This document shows positions 22,847 to 36,230 of a stretch of DNA of 64,000 nucleotides, one piece after another. A program made the position numbers and the translations under genes. Position 1 is the first letter of the stretch, and each line of letters opens with the position of its first letter. This stretch comes from Zygnema circumcarinatum SAG 698-1b (taxonomy: Eukaryota; Plantae; Zygnematophyceae): contig CM074822.1 in assembly GCA_037447605.1 (NCBI GenBank), positions 891,492-955,491 on the forward strand, written 5' to 3'. Below the pieces are notes generated by a model. It did not search any database, was not told where the DNA came from, and saw nothing but the letters and a program-made list of their open reading frames with translations.

Positions 22847-23844
22847 AAAATGGAACGGTAACTGGAACTGTGAATCTTCACACGTAAATGTCCGCCATGG
22901 AGCTCGAAATCTCCTTCTTCAAGAGGATGGCCGCCGCCTCTTTCTCCACTTTCTCCCCACCTTCATTTAGCTGCGAGGCCTCTGATTGGCCGATCACATT
23001 TTTCAAAATTGACATTAAGACCTGCAGCGCCTCGATGTTGGGCCCCACCGCATGCTCCACTACCGACAAAAGGATGGCGGGAAAATGGCGAAGTTGGTTC
23101 TGCAAATACCGAAGATGAAGAATTAACTTCGGATTAAAAAAGGTGAGAGCAAGAGGGAGAGGGGGGGGAGAGAGGGGAGAGAGGGAGAGGGGGAGGGGGG
23201 GGGAGAGAAGAGAGAGAAAGAGAGGGAGTGAAAGAGAGGGAGAGAAAGTGGGGGAAGAGAGAGAGAAAGAGAGGGAGAGAGAGGGGAGAGAGGGAGTGAA
23301 AGAGAGGGAGAGAGAGTGGGGGAAGAGAGAGAGAAAGAGCGGGAGAGAGTGGGGAGAAAGGGAGTGAAAGAGAAGGAGAGAGAGTGGGGGAAGAGAGAGA
23401 GAAAGAGAGGGAGAGAGTGAGAAGAGAGGGAGTGAAAGAGAGGGGGAGAGAGTGGGGAGAGAAAGAGGAGGGAGAGAGAGCGAGTGAGAGAGAGAGGGAT
23501 AGAGGGAGAGAGACAGGGAGAGAGAGAAAGGGAGAGAAGGAGAGAGAGATAGAGATCGAGAGACAGAGAGAGAGGGGAGGAGAGAGAAAGAGAGGGGGGC
23601 GAAAGAAAGAGAGAGGGGGAGGGAGAGGCCATTTGATATCGTTACATAAGAAAGCTTTCTTAATCTTTTGATATTCTTTTCGTTTCAAAAACAGCCATAC
23701 ATAAGACAAAATTGCGGCCGCAAGACCATCCACGAGAGCGCCACGTGGCATGAACTCCGCCTCAAACTTTTTCGATTCGTCTCTGATTGCCGACTGCTCC
23801 CCAAAACAGTTCAAAAAGAACAAGGTGCTCCGCATTATAACATC

Positions 23845-23875
<31 letters not shown>

Positions 23876-24186
23876 CCTCCCTCTCGCTCCCTCTCTCTCC
23901 CCCCCTCTCCCTCTTCTCCCTCTTTTCCCCTCCTCTCCCCTCTCTCTCTCTCTCCACTCTCTCTCTCTCTCTCAATTAGCAAGCAGGGCAGCTTCAGAAA
24001 GAGAGACGGAGAAAGAAGCGAACAGGAAGGAGAGGATGAACCGGGATGGCAAGGAGAACGGGAAAAGAAAGAAAGCAAGAAAGCGTAGAGTAGAAATAGA
24101 GGGAGGAGAGAGAGGGAGCTTTTCAGCACCTTCCACGCATCGGTCTCAATTCGGAAAACCTGCCCTTCCTTCGCAGAATCTTCTCC
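22815..24186 (-). other. Direct duplicate (offset 1381 bp) of the 3' part of the PAC1 gene, ending at a 10-N gap; probable assembly overlap artifact
   Basis: 22815-24186 appears identical to 24197-25567, including microsatellite details. The ORF track gives identical peptides, and the junction is exactly the N run 24187-24196. Confidence 0.85.
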
Positions 24187-24196
24187 NNNNNNNNNN

Positions 24197-24227
<31 letters not shown>

Positions 24228-24258
24228 AAAATGGAACGGTAACTGGAACTGTGAATCT

Positions 24259-25225
24259 TCACACGTAAATGTCCGCCATGGAGCTCGAAATCTCCTTCTT
24301 CAAGAGGATGGCCGCCGCCTCTTTCTCCACTTTCTCCCCACCTTCATTTAGCTGCGAGGCCTCTGATTGGCCGATCACATTTTTCAAAATTGACATTAAG
24401 ACCTGCAGCGCCTCGATGTTGGGCCCCACCGCATGCTCCACTACCGACAAAAGGATGGCGGGAAAATGGCGAAGTTGGTTCTGCAAATACCGAAGATGAA
24501 GAATTAACTTCGGATTAAAAAAGGTGAGAGCAAGAGGGAGAGGGGGGGGAGAGAGGGGAGAGAGGGAGAGGGGGAGGGGGGGGGAGAGAAGAGAGAGAAA
24601 GAGAGGGAGTGAAAGAGAGGGAGAGAAAGTGGGGGAAGAGAGAGAGAAAGAGAGGGAGAGAGAGGGGAGAGAGGGAGTGAAAGAGAGGGAGAGAGAGTGG
24701 GGGAAGAGAGAGAGAAAGAGCGGGAGAGAGTGGGGAGAAAGGGAGTGAAAGAGAAGGAGAGAGAGTGGGGGAAGAGAGAGAGAAAGAGAGGGAGAGAGTG
24801 AGAAGAGAGGGAGTGAAAGAGAGGGGGAGAGAGTGGGGAGAGAAAGAGGAGGGAGAGAGAGCGAGTGAGAGAGAGAGGGATAGAGGGAGAGAGACAGGGA
24901 GAGAGAGAAAGGGAGAGAAGGAGAGAGAGATAGAGATCGAGAGACAGAGAGAGAGGGGAGGAGAGAGAAAGAGAGGGGGGCGAAAGAAAGAGAGAGGGGG
25001 AGGGAGAGGCCATTTGATATCGTTACATAAGAAAGCTTTCTTAATCTTTTGATATTCTTTTCGTTTCAAAAACAGCCATACATAAGACAAAATTGCGGCC
25101 GCAAGACCATCCACGAGAGCGCCACGTGGCATGAACTCCGCCTCAAACTTTTTCGATTCGTCTCTGATTGCCGACTGCTCCCCAAAACAGTTCAAAAAGA
25201 ACAAGGTGCTCCGCATTATAACATC

Positions 25226-25256
<31 letters not shown>

Positions 25257-27861
25257 CCTCCCTCTCGCTCCCTCTCTCTCCCCCCCTCTCCCTCTTCTCC
25301 CTCTTTTCCCCTCCTCTCCCCTCTCTCTCTCTCTCCACTCTCTCTCTCTCTCTCAATTAGCAAGCAGGGCAGCTTCAGAAAGAGAGACGGAGAAAGAAGC
25401 GAACAGGAAGGAGAGGATGAACCGGGATGGCAAGGAGAACGGGAAAAGAAAGAAAGCAAGAAAGCGTAGAGTAGAAATAGAGGGAGGAGAGAGAGGGAGC
25501 TTTTCAGCACCTTCCACGCATCGGTCTCAATTCGGAAAACCTGCCCTTCCTTCGCAGAATCTTCTCCTCTCACCGCCGCAGCAAATGTAGAATGCAGAAT
25601 CACCACTCTGCATCCAAAACCCTAAAACCCTAAAATCAGCTCACACCCACAGCCAACTTTCTATGAAGAATGGACAACTACACTGTAGTATACAATTGTC
25701 TTTTCTTTTTCAATTGGGAATACTTCCCGAGATTAAGACCCATTTTCGCAGACTAACCTTTGAGTGGTAATTACGTCAAAAAGTGCTCTTGTCCATTCCA
25801 TAGAGCGCTCTGCTGGAAGGCGGTGGGGCCCACACACTATCACAGTCTCTCTCCCAGTGGGGCCCACCCCGATAAGGTCACATTTCTCCTCCTTAATGAC
25901 ACGTGGTGCGTTCGGATTGGCCTGAGAACACAACAGACTGTCGATGCGGGTGTGAAGATGGAAATACTCAAACTTCCGTCCGAACGTTTTTTAATTCTAC
26001 ACCAAAAATCTCGGACTGGAGGATGGAGGAGGGGGATGAAGAGCATTAAGAGGGAGAGGGAGAGGGAGAGGGAGAGGGAGAGGGAGAGGAGAGGGAGAGG
26101 GAGAGAGAGGGGAGAGAGGGAGAGGGAGAGGGAGAGGGAGAGGGAGAGGGAGAGGGAGAGGGAGAGGGAGAGGGAGAGGGAGAGGGAGAGGGAGAGGGAG
26201 AGGGAGAGGGAGAGGGAGAGGGAGAGGGAGAGGGAGAGGGAGAGGGAGGAGGGAGAGGGAGGAGGAGAGGGAGAGGAGAGGGAGAGGGAGGGAGAGAGGA
26301 GAGGGAGAGGGAGAGGGAGAGGGAGAGGAGAGGAGAGGGAGAGGGAGGAGGGAGAGGGAGAGGAGAGGGAGAGGGAGAGGAGAGGGAGAGGGAGGGAGAG
26401 GGAGAGGGAGAGGGAGAGGGAGAGGGAGAGGGAGAGGAGAGGGAGAGAGAGGGAGAGAGAGGGAGAGGGAGAGGAGAGGGAGAGGGAGAGGGAGAGGGAG
26501 AGGGAGAGAAGAGAGAGAACAAAGCATCGAGGGTAGTAAGACTGCTTGACGAAAGAAATAAATCAACTGGGACGGGGCTGAGATGCGAAAAAAGGGAGTA
26601 AGAAATAGTAGCAGAACAGGGCAGAGAGAGAATATCATTGGCGGGAGGTGGAGGGAGGGTGGCCGGGAAGAGGCGCTGGAGAGAAAAAGGAGGTGGAAAA
26701 TGAAGACTTCATGTAACCAAATTTGACGAAAGGCGAGAATAGGGCGAGTAAAGAGATAAAGAACCTGAAGGAAAGCGAGCAGGAGAGAGTGCGACAAATG
26801 CTTACTGGATTGTATGCCGGGAGAGTAATCACTCCCAAATTAACCTTTTCGCATTGGAGACATTCAAGCAGCGCTTGGCTCGTGGAGGACAAGCCCACCA
26901 CCAAAACCTCACACTTCAATTTCGAGTGGAGCAGCGCCGACTGTCCCTCTTCCGATAGCTGCGACAAATCGAACCACCTCGGAAACAAAATCAAGCTCTC
27001 TCATCTTCAACAAAAAAAACCCACCAAAATAATTCCCCTCTCAAGTTTCCCTCACTCCATGCCGCGATCACCCACTCCACCTCCCCACACAGAAACCCCT
27101 TTCGTTCTCAAACTCACTCCCTCCCTCCCTCCGTCTCCCCCTCCCCTCCCTCCGTCTCCCCCTCCCCTTCCCTCCCACCTCCACCTTGCCCTCCCTCCGA
27201 CTCCCCTCCCACCCCTCCTCTCTGCCACTGCTCCCTTCCACTCGCGTCCCACCCCGCCTCTCTCCCACTCCCCTCCCACCCCTCCTCTCTCCCACTCCTC
27301 CCTCCCACTCCCCTCCCACCTCTCCTCTCTCCCACTCCTCCCTCCCACTTCTCCCTCCCACTCCCCTCCCACCCCTCCTCTCTCCCACCTCCCACTTCTC
27401 CCTCCTACTCCCCTCCCACCCCTCCCACCCCTCCTCTCTGCCACTGCTCCCTTCCACTCGCCTCCCACCCCTCCTCTCTCCCACTCCCCTCCTCCCTCTC
27501 CCACTCCTCCCACTCTCCTCCCACCCCTCCTCTCTCCCACTCCTCCCTCCCACTCCCCTCCCACCCCTCCTCTCTCCCACTCCTCCCTCCCACTCCCCTC
27601 CCAGCCATCCTCTCTCCCACTCCTCCCTCCCACTCCCCTCCCACACCTCCTCTTTGCCAATCCTCCCTCCCACTCCCCTCCCAGCCATCCTCTCTCCCAC
27701 TCCTCCCTCCCACTCCCCTCCCACCCCTCCTCTCGGCCACTCCTCCCTCCCACCTCCACAGCGACGCGTGCCGGCTCTCCTGCGACGCGCCAGAAGTCGT
27801 CGTCCTCCTCGTACGTGCGGGACGGTGGAGGGTCCTCCGTGATGGAGTCGTAGCCCGCCAT
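24259..27861 (-). CDS. PAC1: Proteasome assembly chaperone 1 (PAC1/PSMG1)-like protein, multi-exon
   Basis: ATG at 27861, exon 1 [24 protein letters not shown] (recalled plant PAC1 N-terminus MEDVLTE.PPPSR..EED..NF). Later exons include [50 protein letters not shown]; stop at 24259-24261. Not all internal junctions were resolved. Confidence 0.7.
26050..26510. repeat. (GAGAGG)n hexamer microsatellite in a PAC1 intron
   Basis: Near-perfect GGGAGA repeats over ~460 bp. Confidence 0.9.
27110..27753. repeat. Structured C/T-rich tandem repeat (CTCCCACTCCCCTCCCACCCCTCCT-type units) in PAC1 intron 1
   Basis: Recurrent 15-45 bp modules; G-rich on the sense strand immediately after the GAG|GT donor at 27754/27753. 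Confidence 0.8.
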
Positions 27862-28891
27862 GGCGCCCTCTCGCCTCCTCCCCTTGCGCCACGTGGCAGC
27901 CCGTCCGTCCGTCCGTCCGTGCCCTCTTCGGCTGCGTGGGAACCACGAGGACAGCCTCCGCCCGTGCTGGCGCCACTTTTTCTTGTGTGAACGCGTACGG
28001 TCTTCGTCGTTGTGGGATTCGGTTCCAGTGTGAACGCGTATCCAGTACCGTACTGGATATACTTACCCGATGATACGATACGATACGATATATCGGGATA
28101 TTGGTTGTCAAATTCAATGGGCTGCGGCCTGTACTCGGCAGGGGGAAACCACGAGTGGTCGTAAATTCGAGAGCAGTAATATTTTCCGAATATACAAGTC
28201 GCGATTATAATTTCGCTCGATTTGAATTCGTTAGCACTGTTCGAAAGTGCAGATTGCATAATTTATTAACTTCGAAACTTGCCTCCCCATGGTGCGACGA
28301 CTATGGGAAATGTGTCGCAGAGAGAGAGAGAAAGGAAGAGAGAGAGAGATAGAGAGAGAGGGAGGGCGAGAGAAAGAGAGAGGGAAGAGAAACCACATTT
28401 CACCAACAATCAACAGACTTCGTGTCACGTTTCCTGTCAGAGATTGAGGCGGATCTGCTGCTTTGCTTTGATCCACTTAACAATGACATAGAACCCTAGA
28501 AACCAGTTAGACAAACGTGTTAGCTTCCAATGCTCCCATGTTTTACATGCTAAACATACATGCTATTGCGCTTGTGGGAACTTGCACATGCCCTCCCATA
28601 CAACCAATGTACAATGTGAAATGATGTTGTGGCTCACGCCACCACTCTTGCAGGCTGCACAAGCTCCCAAGTCTACAACTACCCCCTCCCCACCTCGAGC
28701 CTACAAGAAAAAATATAATCACAAGAAGCCCCTCATGTATGTGCGCGTACCCCTCTAGGGCCCACACCCTATTGACCGCACACGTTCGAGGCACCACTGA
28801 GAGAGTCTCTACGAGACAACCCTTTCAAAAATGAAGGGGAAAAAACGCCCTCAGAGTCCAACCAAGGGGAGAAACTTACAAAGCAGAGACC

Positions 28892-31039
28892 CTACACTGC
28901 GATGATTGCAAAACCCACATAGCCAATGTGGAAGCGACGCGTGTACTCTATGCTGACCACCGTCCTCCATGGCGAACTCCCTCCCTTCGCCTGCGGGTTA
29001 TATGCATGGAGGGTTCGAAGGGGGTGAATTCCGTACGACCTCTCCTTTGCCGATCTCAATCCAATCACATAGAGCTCCCCCTTGTGCCCTGCGATTCCAT
29101 GAATGGTGTACGCCAGTTCCGTTGGCAATGGCGGCATTTCGATCACGCTCCATGTCCTAGTTTCCGTTCTGTAAACGCGGATGGAGGCGCGATCCTTTGC
29201 TACGGCGTAGAGCGTTCCGTCAAGGACGATGGGACCATGGAGCGGCCGTTGGCACTGGGCCACATCCTCTGCCTTGATGCCACGTGTCGAGCGGCCATTG
29301 GTCGCCAGCATGCCGTCCACCTGAGCCCAACAGCCGGACTCCAGGACTTCCGTACTGGAACTGCCCCCCTCGCAGTTCTCCAGCACGCAGAACTGGTTGC
29401 ATATAACGGCTCCAATGCAGGGGCCTCTCTTTGGGGCGAGGGGTTCCAAGGACCGCCACGTGTCATCAGCTAGGGAGTACATCTCAGCAGTGTGAAGAAA
29501 GCCCTGTTTCTCAGTTCACAGCATTTCATTCAAACCAGCGTACTTCAGTTTCTAAGCTTTACGCTTTCCGTTACAGCTATACAGCAGAAGAAGAAGAAGA
29601 ATATGCCCAAACATATGACTTGAGGAAACCCTAAGCATTCATCGCTGATGCTGGAATTACTCACATAGGAGCATGTTGCTAAACGGACTTCTGAAAGAAG
29701 TCCACCCTTACTACATACTTCGCATGAAATCGTTACTGTTTTCAGGTCTCGTACGCATGAAACTTTTCCAAGTCTGATCCCCCCCATTCTATCAAAAGGA
29801 AGTACGAAAAGGATTGTAAAAGAAGGGCAACCCACCTCACACAAATTGTGTCCTCCCGCAACATAGACATTGTCTCCGATCACTCCATAGGCAAAGTTGC
29901 GACGAGGAGTTCGCATTGCAGCTCCGGTCTTCCACCGGTTTGTGAGAGCATCATAGATCAGCACCTCATTCCGAACTACCATCTTCAGCTCACTGGTCTC
30001 TATGTGCAGACCTCCAATTACTAGCAACTGCAGTCCAACAGAAGAAGAAGGAAGAAGAAGAAGGAAAGAAAGAAGAAGAAGAAGGAAAGATCAAGAGACC
30101 GAACCATACCGCTTTCTGAGAACCTGCAAACCCTAATTGAACCCTAATTGTCTGCAGTAGTTCTACAAAACTGAAAGGTTTAACGCACCTTGTGGCCCAC
30201 TACAACGCATGCACAGTCGATGAGCAGATCGCTGTCCAACACTCCCGGCATGGGCGGCAGAATGTACCACTTGGCAGCACGTGGGTCGAATGCTTTGAGC
30301 AATGGGAACAGAGTTAGAACATAGAACCACTCTTCACTAGCATCTCCTGCTTTGCGCAGGTTGTAATACTCCTGTGAGTCTACAGCTCGCTTCCAGGAAG
30401 AGCATACGAGCCGCAAAAGAGGGTGGTGGGCTCGTGAAACATGTGCCAAACACTGCACACGAACATAAACAAATTTGTATTTCTTCAAAATTTCAATTTC
30501 TTTCAAATCCAAGCCAAGCTCAGCTTTACAGGTTGAACTGTGCTTCACTTCACTTGAAGTCCCATCCATCCTCCACTCATTCAACTCAATATTGTTAAGT
30601 TTTCCATGTTCAATTGATTGTTGGAGCCTCCGGAGAGGCTTCCCAAAAATTTGGTATGCCGCGTACTGTACGAGGTGCACGGTATTCTTTAGTAAAAGGC
30701 GAAAGAATAGTTCGCTATGCGCCTCGTACACGGCTGATAAATTTTTACACAGACGCCTTTTGCTTAAGTATCGCGGAATTGCTTTCTACGCAAATTACAT
30801 TGTGGGAGAAAAAACCGGAAAACGGGAAAGAGCGCGGCAAGCAGCTTTTCTTTCTGGAGGCTTACCTTCATAGCCAGGTCATCAGGAAGGCCGGAAATTA
30901 ATGGCGGATCTGACATGCTTGCTTCCTCCTCAGCTTCACCTAACACAGAAAGTTGCTGCGCCCTTGCAAGTTGAGGTTGCCCGGATGATGCCCACCATGC
31001 AAAGGGCAGCCGTAAAAGTTTCACCATCACATTTCCCAT
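28892..31039 (-). CDS. F-box/Kelch-repeat protein, multi-exon
   Basis: F-box LISGLPDDLAMK|CLAHV...LRLVCSSWK; EEWFYV; Kelch blades AFDPRAAKWYILPPMP, LLVIGG...LIYDALTNRWKTGAAMRTPRRNFAYGVIGDNVYVAGG, MYSLADDTWRSLEPL. Stop at 28892-28894; first in-frame ATG at 31039. Confidence 0.93.
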
Positions 31040-31771
31040 AATCTACTTGGAAGGCCGTTGGGAATGATTTTAAAGGAGCTTCTCGCAAAACCTGTTAAGC
31101 CTGTCATGGAAGGAAGAACAGTCAAGAATAAGAAAAAGAGAAAAAGATTGAACTAATACTTTGGAAGAGAGAGTTTCAACTCTTGCCGAGCCGCCTCTTT
31201 CAATGACAGGGGTTACATAAGAATCATCCGGCAAACCCTAAAACTAGAAGAATTGCACCGCGTAGGGCAGGCAAAACATGCCGCAAGTAACTCATAATAT
31301 CGCTAAACGCTGACCTAAAAAGAGTGAGCAGGTGAATTTAGAAGGTGGGCCTGGGTTTCCCTCTTTCAAGAAAATGGTAAAAGTGGGTAAAGATGCGAAG
31401 TGCAAGAGGAGGAGAAAGGAAGAGAGAGTGGGAGAGAACAGAGAGGAGGGAAAGGGAGCGAGAGAGACGGCAATAAAAAAAATAACAGAGGGGGCGCGGA
31501 GGAGAGAGGAGAGAGGAGAGAGAGAGAGCGCGCGAGAGAGAGAGAGAGAAGAAGAGAGGGGAAGGTAGTGGGAGAGAAGAGAGAGGAGGGGAGAAAGAGA
31601 GGGAGAGGGAGCGCAAGCGACGAGAGGAAGAGAGAGTGGACGAAACGCAGTGGGAACCTTTCCTTGATCAACACGTACCTCCGAATTCTACGAAAAAGAC
31701 AGATAGAAATAGAAAGAGAGAGAGGTAGAGCGAGAGAAAGAATGCGAGAGAGAGAGGGAGCAAGCGAGTGC

Positions 31772-31974
<203 letters not shown>

Positions 31975-32079
31975 CCTCATGAAACATACCTCTGATTTCC
32001 AGCGGGTCTGCAGCCCCATGCCTCTTCAGAAGGAGAAAACGGGAGGCGCCACCCTCACCCCCCCCAAAACTGTAATCCT

Positions 32080-32180
32080 GCCACGTGGCGCGCTGCTTGA
32101 AGCCACAATGCCACGTGGCGCGTCGTGAATCGAACGTGGATGCCACGTGGCGTGCTATAGCAGCCCTAGTGCCACGTGGC
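32080..32180. promoter_or_regulatory. Cluster of four perfect palindromic G-boxes (GCCACGTGGC) ~1 kb upstream of the F-box/Kelch gene
   Basis: GCCACGTGGC at 32080, 32110, 32142 and 32171 (spacing 30, 32, 29 bp). Confidence 0.6.
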
Positions 32181-32612
32181 GTGCTGGGAGCACTCCGCCA
32201 TGGCCTCCCTCCTTCCCACTCGCCTTCCCAAGTTTCAAGGTGGCCCAAAGATGGAAATTGTTTCCTTTCTTCACATATTGTTTCGGGCAGCAAGGAGGCT
32301 CAGAAAAGTAATGGCTAATGTGCTGATTCGGGAGTCCCAATTAGGGATGGCAGCACTTGCAGTTGAGAATAAAAATTCTAGTTTAATTTAAAAAATAATA
32401 ATAATTTTACGGCCATCCCTAGTCCCAACTCCCAATGGGGCGTGCAAAGGAAGGGAAATTTTATAATTATTCCGCTTCCTGAATGTTTAAGCTGCCCAAT
32501 GCTTCGGGCAGACCAGGGCTTGAAACGTGAAGGCCAATGTAGTGACCGGAGAAACTTTTTGTCGGGTCGGAGTTATTTTTTGTAAATTGTTTCTAGAACG
32601 GTTTTTTCGGGC

Positions 32613-32712
32613 NNNNNNNNNNNNNNNNNNNNNNNNNNNNNNNNNNNNNNNNNNNNNNNNNNNNNNNNNNNNNNNNNNNNNNNNNNNNNNNNNNNNNNNN
32701 NNNNNNNNNNNN
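32613..32712. other. Scaffold gap (100 N) truncating the RAP74 3' end
   Basis: Run of 100 N. Additional 10-N gaps at 11794-11803, 24187-24196 and 62572-62581. Confidence 0.99.
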
Positions 32713-35700
32713 AGCTCCTTAACTTGGCCACGAGGTCAGTGCTCTTGATGGGCCCGGACCGCAATATGGCCCGTACGGCCTCCTCACTGATCCCTCCCTT
32801 CCCTCCCCCTCTCCCCCCTCCGCTCGCCGCCCTTTTAGGAGGACTCACCTGCACCGAACTGCCCTCCTTCAAACCAGAAAGGGACCCCACATAGCCACGC
32901 ATAGTCAGCTCCCCCTTACATCAACAACAATATCCTCCTCCTCCTCCCCCTGCTAATAGACCCCCCTGCGTCAAACTACAAAGGAACCCCACATAGCCAC
33001 GCATAGTCAGCTCCCTTACATCAACAACAATATCCTCCTCCTCCCCCTGCTAATAGACCCCCCTCCGTCAAACTACAAAGGGACCCCACATAGCCACGCA
33101 TAGTCAGCTCCCATACATCAACAACAATATCCTCCTCCTCCTCCCCCTGCTAATAGACCCCCCTCCGTCAAACTACAAAGGGACCCCACATAGCCACGCA
33201 TAGTCAGCTCCCATACATCAACAACAACATCCTCCTCCTCCTCCCCCTGCTAATAGACTCCCCTCCAAACCACAAACGGACCCCACATAGCCACGCATAG
33301 TCAGCTCCCTCTTACATCAACATCAACATCCTCCTCCTCCTCCTCCACCTAATAGGGCAGGTCATGGCTATGGCTGCTACCTCAGTCTTGACCCGCTTCA
33401 AAGAAGCTCCCTGCTTCCCCTCCTCTGCTGCTGCTGCTCCCCCTCCCGCTTTCCTTTTCCCTCCAGCTTTGCCACTTGGCGTCGCCTTAGTGGTCCCCGA
33501 GATTCCTCCGGGCTCTTCCTTCACCACTGTCACCTTTTGAGGTCCCAAAAAGATAGGAGAGAAACCGATATCCAAGTCTGGCTGCTCATTCAAATTCACC
33601 GCAAAATGGAGAACAACAACCTCTAGTCAGGTGTGACTATCCCTTCTCTCTTCTTCTTCACTTGCAAAATGCACTTGATTCACAGAAGAGGGCAGTGAAA
33701 CACTTGAAAGAGGTTTAGGTTTTCCGACCTCTTCATCGTCGTCGCCTTCATTGTCATCCTCCTCCTCTTCCTCCTCCTCCTCTCCCTGTTCCTCTCTGTC
33801 TGTCTTAAACAGCAGCTTCTTCAGCTCCTTTCCTGACGAGCTGAGCCCTCCTTCTTCTGTTCCCTCCTCTCCTTCTTCCTCCTCTTCCTCCTGCTGTATG
33901 AGTGCCCTCGCCCAATAGCCCACCACTCAGCATCATGGAAAGCATCATACTGAACAAGGAGCCAACATCATATGTGTTTTCAGTTCTACCTTTGGGAGTG
34001 ACCTCACCTCCTTGATGGCTGGTGGAGGCGTCTCTCCACCTTCCTCCTCCCTCTCCTCCTTGTCGTTTCCAACTGCTTCATCGTCATCAGTGAATGTTTC
34101 CTCGTGCTCCCAATCATCACCTGCAACCTCTCCCACAGCCTCCTCCCTCTTACAACTCAATCACTCATTCACCTTCCCCTTAGAACAAAACCCACTTTCC
34201 CAGAAGCCACCCTTACATGACCCACCTTTGTCTCCTGCATCCTCGTCAGGCTCTACCTCCTCCTTAGGAGCCGCCTCCTCCTCCTCCTCTCCCTCCCCTT
34301 TCTGCCCCTTTCCCATACCAAGCCGATTCTTCCTCTCCTGATCATCCTCCGCATCTTCCTCCCTGTCAGATAGGTCGAGAGCGAACTCATCATCAACCTC
34401 GCCTTTTTTGGAACGAGACCCCCCTCCTCCGCCCCCCCCTTTCCCTCTCCCTCCCTCACCTCCCCCATCCTCTCCATCATCCGGACCCTTTGTGAGCCAT
34501 TTCTTGTACATATCTGCTTGCTTTCTCCGATTTTTCATCACTTCTTCCGCCTCCTCAAGGGACAGCGTCTTATAAGAAAGTTGCTTTTGGAAATTGTACC
34601 TGCCAGCCCGCTGCTTCCCTCAGACGTCAAAATCTTGATTGAAAATCTTCCCTTTTTCCCGTGAAAGTAAGTATGCAATGCAAGAGGGAGGGGGTAGGTG
34701 ACAGACAGAGAGAGAGAAGGAGAGAGGAAGACTGTTGATAGAGCGCTGAAGTAGTTATCAGACACATTTTCCGGCAAATTAATGAACACATTTTACTTAC
34801 CAGGCACTGGTGGGCATCGCCACAAAATCTTTCCCCTGCATGATGAGCAGAAAGAAGGAGGCATTTTGGCCTCCCTCAAGGAGCCCCTGAAACGTTGATT
34901 GGCCCACATCGTCTTCGAGAATCCAGGGCTTATTTTTCATACGCTCCTGCAAATCACCCGAAAATCGACTACATTCAAATTAGAAAAGTGGACAAATGAA
35001 TTAATCAAACAATCAAAAAATCAAAAAAACAAAAAAATTGTCAAGGTTAGAAGACCAGAAAAGCAGCCTCCACTCGTGATCTCTAGGAGGATGGTATGCA
35101 AGAAAGAGAGGGCAGAGAGAGATAGAGAGTGGGAGTGGGAGAGTGCAAGAGAGCGAGAGGGTGATATTGAGAGGGGGGGAGAGAAAGTGCGCCTTTACTC
35201 GGGCAGCGTCTGAAAGGTTTCTTCCTTGCGCACCCTCCCGGCACATGCTCCACCTTGTTCCTGACTTCTTTCCGAACGTTGGACTCCCTTGCAGAAACTT
35301 CGCAACATAGAAATTCCTGTTTGGCTGATTCAAGCGTAATGCAAATTCCTGCCACAAAAGAAAAATCCTGCCGTCAATAACCCACCCATATCTGGATCCA
35401 TCACTTTCCCCAATCAAGTACAAGCTAAGGCTCAAACGGAAAACCACTTCCAGTAATATGCAGGCCTTGCATGGGAGTGCATGATATCGCGTGCTAACCC
35501 TAATTTGAAACAGGGATTCAGTCATTGACTATGTGTGCGTAGTCATGCGTAGAATTAAGTAGAATTAAGTAGAATTCTTCTGATCCACGATTAACCCAAA
35601 TTGTTAATAGACAACTTATGTGCTTAGCATCTGTAACAAAGACATCCCCTAACCCTAATTTTACCCACGTATGCTCATAGCCAACCCCCCCATCCGCTCC

Positions 35701-36034
35701 TCCTTCCTCCCCAAAAGGCGAAGAGACACACCCTCCCCATACGTAAATCTGTACATACCAATAAATATTCAATAAGAATTGTAAAAATACTTAAAAAATT
35801 AACCCCAAAGAAATAAGATGCATGCGCCTCGTCCTCTACCTTGAGAAGGCGCGTGAGAGGCTCTCCGCATTGCTTGCAAGAGTCTCCCTTCTCCGCCATG
35901 GCCTTCCCGCAGGCGAGGCAGAGCGTGAGGTGTGTGCACTGCGAGGCGAAGAGTTCCCCTCCCGCCCCGCACCCCCCGCAAAGGGGCTGCAGCACCAGGG
36001 GGGCCATAGGCTGCAGCGCCAAGGGGGCCGCCAT
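32713..36034 (-). CDS. RAP74: Transcription initiation factor IIF alpha subunit (RAP74), plant type with N-terminal Cys-rich region; 3' end lost in the gap
   Basis: ATG 36034; CGGCG...CTHLTLCLACGKAMA...CKQCGEPLTRLL; NRNFYVAKFLQG; KNKPWILEDDVGQ.TFQG.LEGGQNA.FFLLIMQGKDFVAMP..AW|YNFQKQ.SYKTLSLEEAEE.MKNRRK; acidic region DWEHEETFTDDDEAVG; C-terminal winged helix ISEEAVRAILRSGPIKSTDLVAKL. Confidence 0.95.
32882..33345. repeat. ~99-bp tandem repeat, ~4.6 copies, filling a RAP74 intron
   Basis: GGACCCCACATAGCCACGCATAGTCAGCTCCC recurs at ~32882, 32984, 33082, 33181 and 33278. Confidence 0.9.
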
Positions 36035-36230
36035 GGCCTGCCTCCTCTCCTCCTGCCCTCGTCTCCTCGTTAAATTAGGGTTAGAATCGGTCACCAAGCC
36101 TCGTCCGGTCTTCCCGCTCCTCCATTAGGATCTATGGATGGGCACCATGGCACCGCAGAGGCATGGCATAGCATGGTGCGGCATGGCATGGCACCGCAGA
36201 GGCATGGCATGGCATGGCGCGGCATGGGAG

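Noticed and set aside
23123-26797. Ser/Leu- and Arg/Glu-rich ORFs over GA/CT tracts (also 9157-10786, 31338-32293, 63479-64000)
   Set aside because: These are microsatellite translations with no protein signal.
36141-36226. (GCATG)n pentamer run near RAP74 as RY elements
   Set aside because: Similar runs occur in LRR intron 1 and elsewhere, so it is best treated as a common microsatellite.
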